Both the position numbers and the translations under genes were made by a program. This document shows, one piece after another, positions 10,361 to 18,364 of a DNA stretch of 32,000 bases. The notes under the pieces are model-generated. The model had not been told where the DNA came from. It saw nothing but the letters and a program-made list of their open reading frames with translations, and did no database searches. This stretch comes from Alkanindiges sp. WGS2144 (GTDB lineage Bacteria > Pseudomonadota > Gammaproteobacteria > Pseudomonadales > Moraxellaceae). Positions within the stretch are counted from its first letter, which is position 1; the number at the start of each line of letters is the position of its first letter. The stretch is taken from the NCBI RefSeq assembly GCF_043950625.1, contig NZ_CP171007.1; one strand, 5' to 3'.

Positions 10361-11557
10361 TCACTCCACACTCATCAATTTTTTTGAATTTTTCTTATAT
10401 AGCCATATCAGAGAAAAGGTGGTGGTGAGTAACCACGGAAGCAGGATAAGATTCATTGCCTTCCATCCCAGAAGGTTCAGCAAAGCACCAGCACCAAAGG
10501 AGCAAGCCAGACCAATGATAAAAACAGACATATCATTAATGGCCTGCGCTTTGGCTTTCTCAATAACTGAATAAGTTTGAGTCAATAAGGAGGTACTACC
10601 AATAAATAAAAAGTTCCATCCTACGCCAAGCAGGATAAGGGCAATAGCGAATGAGCTAAACTGAATGCCGGATAAGGCAACAGCCACATAGCTTGCCAGT
10701 AATAAAATGCCAGAAAACATAATTCTCAACTCGCCAAAACGGCTGATTAAATTTCCTGTCACGAATGAAGGCAGGAACATACCCAGCACATGGAGCTGAA
10801 TTACTGTAGTGATAGAGCCCAGTTCGTGCTGTGAATGACGCATCGCAATGGGAGTAGCGGTCATACCCAGAATCATAATGCCATAGCCGGTAGCTGCACC
10901 AAGCAAAGCCACCAGATAAGTAGGTTGAAATACAATTTTCTGCCAGGGACGACCAGCACGAAAGTCAGTTTTGGCCTCGGATTGTTCAGGAATATGCAAT
11001 CCTGATAAAATTCCCATAGCGACCAGCGATACAATAGTAATAATTAAAAAAGAACCTACATACTCCAGGTGATTAAATAGTGGCCCGCCGAAACGGGCCA
11101 GGGCAGGGCCTATCAGAGCAGCAATTACACCACCAGCCATTACAAAAGAAATTGCGTGCGAACGAAAAGCATCGTCTGCGACTTCGCTGGCTGCAAAGCG
11201 ATAGAATTGGGCAAATGACTGATAAGCGCCAACACAGAATGTACCCAGTGCCAAAAATATTAGCGAGCTATAAAAAACGCCTACAGCCGCAATAATTCCG
11301 CCAACTACCCCTAATAATGCGCCACATAAAAAGCCATTGCGCCGTCCCACACGAGCCATCCACATAGAGGCGGGGAACATCATGGTCGCCGTCCCTAAAA
11401 ACATGGATGCAATTGGCAAGGTAGACAAGGTGGGTGTATTGGCAATATTTGCACCTGCCAAACCGCCAATGGTCATCACCATAATTGAAACAGTCTGAAA
11501 AAGTGACTGTGAACCTGCCAGAATCAGAACCTGACGGTGCATAGAGTGTTGCAGCAT
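10361..11557 (-). CDS. MFS transporter (12-TM type)
   Basis: 398 aa, hydrophobic throughout. MFS motif-A-like ARVGRRNGFL lies between predicted TM2 and TM3. Confidence 0.85.
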   Translation of the reverse strand: MLQHSMHRQVLILAGSQSLFQTVSIMVMTIGGLAGANIANTPTLSTLPIASMFLGTATMMFPASMWMARVGRRNGFLCGALLGVVGGIIAAVGVFYSSLIFLALGTFCVGAYQSFAQFYRFAASEVADDAFRSHAISFVMAGGVIAALIGPALARFGGPLFNHLEYVGSFLIITIVSLVAMGILSGLHIPEQSEAKTDFRAGRPWQKIVFQPTYLVALLGAATGYGIMILGMTATPIAMRHSQHELGSITTVIQLHVLGMFLPSFVTGNLISRFGELRIMFSGILLLASYVAVALSGIQFSSFAIALILLGVGWNFLFIGSTSLLTQTYSVIEKAKAQAINDMSVFIIGLACSFGAGALLNLLGWKAMNLILLPWLLTTTFSLIWLYKKNSKKLMSVE

Positions 11558-11824
11558 ATCGTGCCTTGGAATAGATGGTCGCCTGAACTATGGGAATATC
11601 ATTTTATAGACCAGTGGTATGGCTTCGGACATTGGATATCTTCCTTCAATTGTACAGGTTTACTCTCTTCACCATTGAACAGGTTCCATAATCTTCGCTC
11701 TAAGAAGTCAGATCATCTGCGATAGTTAAAGAGAATGTAGTTAAATACAGGCTATTCTTTAAGGGTTCTGCCTATAGATCAAATCATATAAAATATAAGT
11801 TATTGAAAGAAAATCTTTAGTGCT

Positions 11825-12739
11825 ATGAACTCACCTATTTATCTCAATGCGTTACGTGCTTTTGAAACCAGCGCACGGCATAAAAGCTTTTCTGCGGCAG
11901 CGCAAGAATTAAATGTCACCCCGGCAGCCGTAGGGCAATTGGTGCGTTCATTGGAAGAATTTCTGGGAATTTCTTTATTTCATCGCCAAAAAAGTGGAAA
12001 AAACAGATTAATTCCTACCGAACTTGCTGAAAGGGTTTTACCCGATATTCGGGAAGGATTTGACAAATTAAGTTTAGGATTAGAAAAATTAAAAGAGAAT
12101 TCTTCACATGGTGTGCTAACAGTCGCGATTAGTCCGGCATTTGCTGCAAAATGGCTATTGCCACGAATTGATCGGTTTCAAAATTTATGGCCTGAATTAG
12201 ATGTCCGATTAGACACCAATCTAAAACCTGTCGATTTTTTAGCCCAGAAAATTGATATTGGGGTTCGTTATGGTGCTGGTCACTGGACAGGGCTAGAAGC
12301 CACCAAATTAATGGATGAGCAGATTTATCCTGTCTGTTCACCACAATTCCTACAGCAACGGAACTTTGCCTTTACATTACAAGATCTGATTCATGAAACC
12401 CTGATTCATGATTTATCCATGGAAGCCCATCAGGGTTTTCCATCATGGGAGCAATGGTTAAGCAAGGCAGGACAACATCATGTTATAAAACGGGGGATGC
12501 AAATTAATAACTCGGCAGCAGTATTGCAGGCAGCCATGGAAGGTCATGGTATTGCATTGGCACGAAGTATTATGGCACATGATGATATTCAATCCGGCCG
12601 ATTAATTCGACTATTCCCGCACATTACTTTTGAATCACCGCTTGCTTATTATGTGGTGCACCGAATTGAATCGGCTGGCTTACCCCGCTTGCTGGCATTT
12701 AAAGAGTGGTTAGTTGCTGAGTCTTCCGTTTGGTGGTAA
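11825..12739 (+). CDS. LysR-family transcriptional regulator (GcvA-like subgroup)
   Basis: N-terminal wHTH LNALRAFETSARHKSFSAAAQELNVTPAAVGQLVRSLEEFLGISLFHR plus a C-terminal substrate-binding domain. Divergent from the MFS gene. Confidence 0.9.
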   Translation: MNSPIYLNALRAFETSARHKSFSAAAQELNVTPAAVGQLVRSLEEFLGISLFHRQKSGKNRLIPTELAERVLPDIREGFDKLSLGLEKLKENSSHGVLTVAISPAFAAKWLLPRIDRFQNLWPELDVRLDTNLKPVDFLAQKIDIGVRYGAGHWTGLEATKLMDEQIYPVCSPQFLQQRNFAFTLQDLIHETLIHDLSMEAHQGFPSWEQWLSKAGQHHVIKRGMQINNSAAVLQAAMEGHGIALARSIMAHDDIQSGRLIRLFPHITFESPLAYYVVHRIESAGLPRLLAFKEWLVAESSVWW

Positions 12740-12829
12740 TACCTCCAGGATATGGCGGTCTATGGATCAGGAGGCCAAGCATACAGTTTTATACTCAGCT
12801 TCTTATTTAACAGTAGGGCTAACCAGGCT

Positions 12830-13651
12830 TTATTTTTTGGTGCTATCCGCACCCTGGCTGATTTTCTGTTGCCGTTTGATTCCAATCTGGCGTATACGTT
12901 TTACCTGGCGTGCCGCAAGCGCCGGAAAGGCATTTGCCACTTTGGCAACCACCCCGCGCATCGGCGGCAGGATAACTTCCAGCGGCTTATCTTCCAGCGC
13001 CTCCAAAATGGCATCAACCACTTCCTGTGTGGTGAGTGCACGTGAACCGGAGAACGTCAGCGCAGCTTGCTCTTTACCTTTTTGCTGATCCAGCATAGGC
13101 GTTTGTACTGCATCAGGACAAATCGTAGTGACGCTAATCTCATGCTCGGCCAGCTCCATACCTGCCGCAAGTGAATAGCCCCGTACTGCAAACTTGCTGG
13201 CACTGTACAGCGCAAGTCCCGGTACAGGCGATAGGGCGGCAAGCGAGGCAATATTAATAATATGACCCTGCTTTTGTGCCAGCATGGTTGGTAGCACCAC
13301 CTGTGTACCAAAAATCGTGCCTTTGACATTAATATCAAAATGAAAATTGACGTCAGCCTCGGTAATATCAGTTACCCAGTTCTCACGCAGGATACCAGCT
13401 ACATTGCACAGCACATCAATGCCGTTCCACTGCTGCAAGACATTGTCAACAACGGTAGTCCATTCATCGGTACTGCGTACATCCAGTTTTTGTAATAATA
13501 ACTGTTCAGGATTATTGCCCTGACGCAGTTTTTCCAGCGCTTCGAGGTTAATGTCACAGGCACAAACCCGTTCTTTACGGGCAAGCAATTGCTGGGTCAG
13601 TGCAAAGCCAATCCCGGAGGCTGCACCGGTTACGATGAACACTTTACTCAT
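12830..13651 (-). CDS. Short-chain dehydrogenase/reductase (classical SDR)
   Basis: TGAASGIGFA cofactor loop, NVAG, and a catalytic S...YSASK triad. Confidence 0.9.
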   Translation of the reverse strand: MSKVFIVTGAASGIGFALTQQLLARKERVCACDINLEALEKLRQGNNPEQLLLQKLDVRSTDEWTTVVDNVLQQWNGIDVLCNVAGILRENWVTDITEADVNFHFDINVKGTIFGTQVVLPTMLAQKQGHIINIASLAALSPVPGLALYSASKFAVRGYSLAAGMELAEHEISVTTICPDAVQTPMLDQQKGKEQAALTFSGSRALTTQEVVDAILEALEDKPLEVILPPMRGVVAKVANAFPALAARQVKRIRQIGIKRQQKISQGADSTKK

Positions 13652-14730
13652 ATTGCGGTTCCTTGTTTTTTTAATGTCAGCTTGCCAAATTCCAGTTCAC
13701 CCATGCGAACTGTTGGCTTGGTGCCAGGAAATAACCAGTAACCATCAGACTCAGAAGACAACGCCATATTGAAAAAGCGCTCATCCTTTGGCCATGGGCC
13801 GGCAACCAATTTTTCCTGAATCATGGATAAATACTGATCGTTCCCACATTCCAGGGTATTCCCGTTAATGATAATTTCTGCCTGCGTACGTTTGGCAAAG
13901 CTGGCAAGGCCTGGAATTTTGGAGTGAAGTGGCGCATAGGAATCCATACTCACGCCATTTTCCGACGTTACCAGCAAGCCCTGATCGGTGTGCGCAACAA
14001 TGGAATGATTTCCTTCGGTATGGCCTTTGGTGCGCATAATGGCGACCGAACCATCGCCTAAAAATACGCTGTTATCCAGTAGTTCCACACGGCTTTCATC
14101 AATGCCGGCAATACCTTCTGGACAGTACCACTGATTTTGCCACGGCAGCAATGACATTGTACCTTCCCATTCTTCACGCATCACCAGTAGTTTGGCATTA
14201 GGGAAAATAGCCGCCTGACCTTTGCCACCCAGCCAGCGCGTCACATTCTGGGTATGCAGGTGGTCGTAGGTAATATAATCAATATCTTCAGGGCGCAAGC
14301 CAATTTCCTGTAATACATTTAGTACGGTGTTGGTGCCTTTAACAATCAGTTTTTCCATTTGACTGGATAATGGGCCTGCGCTTTGGTCAAGCTGGGCAAA
14401 AAATGGCGTTTCGCGCTGATTTTCCCAGTCTGAGGGGCTGACCAGCAAGGTTTTAAGACCGTCCTGACTGTCAAACTGAATCACAAATAGCTTATTGCAC
14501 AGATGAATAAATGGTGTTGGCAGTGCAAACGCATTTAAATAGCCAAATTTGGCAGGATAAGGCACGCGGATCAGTTCAAAAGATTTATAAAAACGTACCT
14601 TTGGCTTAGCCAGCATGGTTTTGCGAAAGTCCTGGGATGCTTCACGGATATTGTCGATACGCTCTAACGGTCGAAGGGCATCACGTGTACCGTTAAAGTG
14701 ATAAAATGGAGTAATGATGCTCACTGCCAT
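13648..14730 (-). CDS. Divergent metallo-beta-lactamase-fold (lactonase-like) protein with incomplete metal-binding motif
   Basis: HLHTQN (14245-14262) occupies the HxHxDH position. GHTEGNH, then D-S-Y 21 residues later, resembles the GHTPGH ... D..Y spacing of AHL-lactonase-type MBLs. A 4-nt ATGA overlap with the downstream SDR implies one operon. Confidence 0.55.
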   Translation of the reverse strand: MAVSIITPFYHFNGTRDALRPLERIDNIREASQDFRKTMLAKPKVRFYKSFELIRVPYPAKFGYLNAFALPTPFIHLCNKLFVIQFDSQDGLKTLLVSPSDWENQRETPFFAQLDQSAGPLSSQMEKLIVKGTNTVLNVLQEIGLRPEDIDYITYDHLHTQNVTRWLGGKGQAAIFPNAKLLVMREEWEGTMSLLPWQNQWYCPEGIAGIDESRVELLDNSVFLGDGSVAIMRTKGHTEGNHSIVAHTDQGLLVTSENGVSMDSYAPLHSKIPGLASFAKRTQAEIIINGNTLECGNDQYLSMIQEKLVAGPWPKDERFFNMALSSESDGYWLFPGTKPTVRMGELEFGKLTLKKQGTAI

Positions 14731-14770
14731 GTCCTTTTTAATAAGTGAAGGGGTAGCAACAAATTGTGCC

Positions 14771-14788
14771 TGCCTGTAATAACAGGCA
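14771..14788. promoter_or_regulatory. Perfect palindrome, candidate TetR operator
   Basis: TGCCTGT-AATA-ACAGGCA, 7-bp arms. It sits in the 81-bp divergent region between the MBL-like/SDR operon and the TetR gene. Confidence 0.55.
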
Positions 14789-14811
14789 AAATATAAATTG
14801 GGAAATTTTTC

Positions 14812-15477
14812 TTGTCAAATTTAAAAGATAAAGTACAGCCTGGAATTGCCAAGCGGGTGTATGGCAAAAAAAGCGCAGAGGATCGTGTGCTGGAGCGCTA
14901 TGAGCGCCTGATGGAAGCAGGCCTGCAGTTATTTGCCACACAGGGCTATGCCAATACCACCATTGAAGCACTATGTAGCGAAGCCAGGGTCACCACGCGG
15001 AATTTTTATCAGGCGTTTAGCGGGCGCGAGGCCTTATTGCTGGCCGTTTATAACCGGATGATCGAAGAGTTTCAGACCGGATTGCTCGCAGTCATGCAGG
15101 CTGAACACCACAGTATGCAGGAAAGTTTACGGCAGGCTGTGCAGGCATTGGTAACGCACTATCTCACTGATACCCGACGCGCACGAATTGGAGTACTTGA
15201 AGTGGTGGGCGCAAGTCCTGTTATAGAGCACCGCCGTCGTGAGGTAATCCACGGCATTGCCATGAATATCCAGTTATTTTTAGACATGCTCGCGAGGCAG
15301 CAGCAAATTCCAAAGCAAAATTATCACTGGCTGGCTATTGCGATTGTGGGCGGCATTAATGAAATGATGGCAGAGTGGTTAATGAACCAGAGTTTAAGCC
15401 TTGAGCAATTAATAGATGAGATGATGCAAATGCTGGAAATTTTATTGCAGGGCATCCATGTAGTGCATTCGACTTAA
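14812..15477 (+). CDS. TetR/AcrR-family transcriptional regulator
   Basis: N-terminal HTH LMEAGLQLFATQGYANTTIEALCSEARVTTRNFYQAF. The start is uncertain: the ORF track uses TTG 14812. Confidence 0.85.
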   Translation: MSNLKDKVQPGIAKRVYGKKSAEDRVLERYERLMEAGLQLFATQGYANTTIEALCSEARVTTRNFYQAFSGREALLLAVYNRMIEEFQTGLLAVMQAEHHSMQESLRQAVQALVTHYLTDTRRARIGVLEVVGASPVIEHRRREVIHGIAMNIQLFLDMLARQQQIPKQNYHWLAIAIVGGINEMMAEWLMNQSLSLEQLIDEMMQMLEILLQGIHVVHST

Positions 15478-15586
15478 TTTTTTATTTTATTCAGGGGTAT
15501 TTGCTGTTTTTTTACCTGAACTGGAAAACTCCAGCCATGGCCTGCCAGGTTGAGCTTGCCATGACTAAAAAATTTCCTAAAATCAA

Positions 15587-17722
15587 TCAGGTTTTTGGCC
15601 CTTGCGGCTCAGCAGGTACATCACCCAATTTTTCCAGATGCAGGCGTAAAATCCGCCGTAACTCCAGAATTGCTTCTGGCGTTTCCTGAATAGAATGGCC
15701 GCCTTCAATAATTTTTTCTGATACCGCACCATCCAGATGGGCACTGTTATAAGTCACAATACCATCAGTGATTTCTGTTTTAGGTACATTGCCTTCGATA
15801 TTGCCCATGATAGAGTGAAAGGGCAAACCCTGAACAATATGGGCATCCTGCGTTAAATGAATGAAATCCGATTTTTTGCTTAAGTCACTTGGGCCATTTT
15901 GAATTTTGGTCAGTGATAACTGATGAATAACCTCCAGTAACCTTTGATCCATATCTGCGTTTTGCACACCGGTAATGATGGATTCGGCAAATGAGCGGGG
16001 CAGGCGAATCACCTTGCGAATGGCACGGGTAAACCAGCGATCCGCATAATCAGTACCACGTAAAGGGGCTGACAGGAGCACCATGCGACCAACTTCGGGT
16101 AATGCCTGCATGGTAAAACGCTGTTGAACTATTGGCAGCGCCATTAATTTTTTGCGCTCATATGCATCAATATCCAGTAGGGCATCAGGGCGTAGATCGT
16201 CGTTGCTCATGAGCAAACGGGCAATGACGGCACCCATGCTATGACCAATGAGTACCGCCTGATGGCTTGCACGTGCCTGGGCTTGCGAGTCAACCTGTTC
16301 AAAGGCATGGTCAATCAGGGCATGAATCTGGTAGCGGCTTTCTAAAATAGGCATATTGGTTGAATAAAATACCTGCCAGACCTGATAATGCTCCCGCAAC
16401 ACCGTATCGCCCAGGACATTATGGGTTAGGCGAATCCAGGCTTCCGGGCTACTGGCCAATCCATGAATCATAATAATGACACGCTTGTCCGGGTTATAGG
16501 GCTCCAGCATATAAAGCTGCGGTGCAATCAGGCGGTTTTCACGGGCAAACAAACCGCGGTAAGCAGCCGCTGCCAGGTCGGTACGCGCCAGCCACATACC
16601 ATAAGGTGCTGAAAAGTTGGCAGCCAGCGGATAAGTTTCGTGATCTATGTTGACGCTATCGACCTCATAGGGATTATAAAGCGCTATGTCAAATTGCCGG
16701 CTGTTTAAAATATCTTCCACGCTATTGCCACGAGGTTTGGCCACAATGGTGACTGGCAAGTAGCGTGCTTTATGAATATTCTGATCTGCTTGTGCCCTGG
16801 AGCGACCTGATTTTTCTGGTTCAAGATTATAGCTGTTTACTTGCCCGGCACTGACCGTGGCTTCTTCCGGAACAATACTGACAAACTCAGCACCGAAACC
16901 ATCACGGCGGTTAATGGATTGCAAACCACGAAAGTTTAAATCGTAAGCAGGCAATAATTCGGTGTCGCTGAGCAGGTTTTTATTTAAGGTTGAATAATTA
17001 TGAAAATAAAATGTGGTGTCGCCAATTTGTAAGGGCTTATTGCCATAGGTTTGTTTTTCATCCAGTTGATTGGCGGTGGCCACCAGAGTTGCCAGTGCCT
17101 GATGATAAAAGTCCCTTACCTGTACCTGACGATTGTCAAACATGCGATCCTTGGCATCGCGGTCAGTATAAAACAGATAAGCGTAGGCATGTCTGATGCT
17201 ATTGGCCAGTAAGTTTTGCTGTATGGCAAGGCATTTTTTAAAAGGTTCCCAGTCCACGGTTTTGGGACTATGAACAGGCCGTACAATTTTATTGCCTAGT
17301 CCCTGCAGGTCCGTGCTGAACGCTTCTGGTTCAAGAGGCGAGCGGCATTCGGCAGTTTTTTTAAGCTGGTTAACCTTGGCAATATAAAGCTCGCTACTGA
17401 CAGATAAATATTGCTCATCCTGTACTTGGGGAACTTTTCTTAGCTCAGTCAGGCATGGTTTTGGATTGTCGATGCATTGCTCAGGGTCCTGACCAGTACT
17501 GGATAGAACACTTAAGGTGGCTTCACTTAAACGTGAGCGTACCAGAATACTGTCGCGTTCATTGCTTAAAGATACGGCAAGCGGTTGCTGCTTTACTTTG
17601 ACCACTTGGCAGCCTGACAATAAAAACAGGCCAGAAAACGCAGCCAGCACCAGCTGTTTTTTGACTGATGAGGAACAGGACAGAACGCTGGAATTAAAAA
17701 GCAAATTGAAAAGGACTGGCAT
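15587..17722 (-). CDS. Lipoprotein with C-terminal alpha/beta-hydrolase (lipase/esterase-like) domain and a large uncharacterised N-terminal region
   Basis: Lipobox LLSGC. Oxyanion-hole-type MIHGLASS and nucleophile elbow GHSMG (16232-16246). About 400 aa N-terminal to these motifs have no motif I recognise. Confidence 0.7.
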   Translation of the reverse strand: MPVLFNLLFNSSVLSCSSSVKKQLVLAAFSGLFLLSGCQVVKVKQQPLAVSLSNERDSILVRSRLSEATLSVLSSTGQDPEQCIDNPKPCLTELRKVPQVQDEQYLSVSSELYIAKVNQLKKTAECRSPLEPEAFSTDLQGLGNKIVRPVHSPKTVDWEPFKKCLAIQQNLLANSIRHAYAYLFYTDRDAKDRMFDNRQVQVRDFYHQALATLVATANQLDEKQTYGNKPLQIGDTTFYFHNYSTLNKNLLSDTELLPAYDLNFRGLQSINRRDGFGAEFVSIVPEEATVSAGQVNSYNLEPEKSGRSRAQADQNIHKARYLPVTIVAKPRGNSVEDILNSRQFDIALYNPYEVDSVNIDHETYPLAANFSAPYGMWLARTDLAAAAYRGLFARENRLIAPQLYMLEPYNPDKRVIIMIHGLASSPEAWIRLTHNVLGDTVLREHYQVWQVFYSTNMPILESRYQIHALIDHAFEQVDSQAQARASHQAVLIGHSMGAVIARLLMSNDDLRPDALLDIDAYERKKLMALPIVQQRFTMQALPEVGRMVLLSAPLRGTDYADRWFTRAIRKVIRLPRSFAESIITGVQNADMDQRLLEVIHQLSLTKIQNGPSDLSKKSDFIHLTQDAHIVQGLPFHSIMGNIEGNVPKTEITDGIVTYNSAHLDGAVSEKIIEGGHSIQETPEAILELRRILRLHLEKLGDVPAEPQGPKT

Positions 17723-17844
17723 GATGAACCGGATAGATTTTTGCTATGGTCGCCATCATAACCAAAAAATAATCAGCTGACTAATGTCACTTATAAGGAT
17801 TTTAAAAGGATATCGTTGCGAAGAGAGATTGCCCAAATAGAGGT

Positions 17845-17898
17845 ATAAAAAGCAAAAAAATAAAGAGCAAACAAGAAACTGAAAAACTGTTTGCTCTT
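17845..17898 (-). terminator. Rho-independent terminator downstream of the hemP-like ORF
   Basis: 11-bp perfect stem AAGAGCAAACA / TGTTTGCTCTT (17863-17898) with a 14-nt loop. On the minus strand it is followed by UUAUUUUUUUGCUUUUU. Confidence 0.65.
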
Positions 17899-17975
17899 AA
17901 AGGCAGGAATAGTTTTACTTAATAGCACGCTTTTTGTTCAATATGCAAGTATTATGCTAAAACTCATAGCTATTA

Positions 17976-18134
17976 TCATTTTGTCAAAATTAAGCGATTG
18001 TTGCGTGTCAGACGCAAACGATACTCTTCCCCTGCGTGCAAAATTCTGATTTCCCGTCCCATGGCAAACAGATGCTGGGAGTGCAGCATGGGCAGGGCAG
18101 CGGTATTATTAAATAGCTGAAACGGGGCATTCAT
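17976..18134 (-). CDS. hemP: HemP/HmuP-family small protein (52 aa), not in the supplied ORF track
   Basis: Manual translation: MNAPFQLFNNTAALPMLHSQHLFAMGREIRILHAGEEYRLRLTRNNRLILTK. The C-terminal I-x-H-x-G-x-x-Y-x-LR-x-T-x-x-x-(K/R)LILTK matches the HemP signature. GGAGAG Shine-Dalgarno sequence 6 nt upstream; Fur box over the promoter. Confidence 0.75.
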   Translation of the reverse strand: MNAPFQLFNNTAALPMLHSQHLFAMGREIRILHAGEEYRLRLTRNNRLILTK

Positions 18135-18158
18135 GATCATCTCTCCAGGTTTTGGCTA

Positions 18159-18177
18159 ATTAATGATAATCATTATC
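18159..18177. promoter_or_regulatory. Fur box
   Basis: ATTAATGATAATCATTATC matches the 19-bp consensus GATAATGATAATCATTATC at 17 of 19 positions. It lies 24 nt upstream of the hemP-like ATG. Confidence 0.75.
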
Positions 18178-18192
18178 AATTATGACTGTCAA
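18163..18192 (-). promoter_or_regulatory. Candidate sigma70 promoter of the hemP-like gene
   Basis: Minus strand reads TTGACA (18187-18192), an 18-nt spacer, then TATCAT (18163-18168). The Fur box covers the spacer and the -10 element. Confidence 0.5.
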
Positions 18193-18364
18193 TATTCACT
18201 TCAATGCTTTTTCAGGATTTTTGTAAGATTACTAAGCCAGCTTTATCTTCTGGATGTATTGATTGGTATATTGAAAATTTGTGCCTGTCCCAACCTATTT
18301 TTGAACGAGGCATTTTCTAAAAGCTTATACTGATAAGCACATGTTTTTGAGCGGATAGAACCAC

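Noticed and set aside
10152-10364. 70-aa minus-strand ORF in the mutS-MFS spacer
   Set aside because: It sits in AT-rich sequence, overlaps the MFS stop codon, and has a biased Phe/Ile/Leu/Tyr composition expected from AT-rich non-coding DNA. No Shine-Dalgarno sequence was recognised.
11537-11725. 62-aa plus-strand ORF in the MFS/LysR divergent region
   Set aside because: It overlaps the MFS start and the probable promoter/operator region. It has an odd Trp-rich composition, no ribosome-binding site and no motif.
10361-12739. Possible lower GC content of the MFS-LysR pair, suggesting horizontal acquisition
   Set aside because: Hand counts of a few 60-nt samples ranged from about 33 to 55 percent here and about 48 to 57 percent in mutS. 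That is too noisy to support a compositional claim without a proper windowed calculation.
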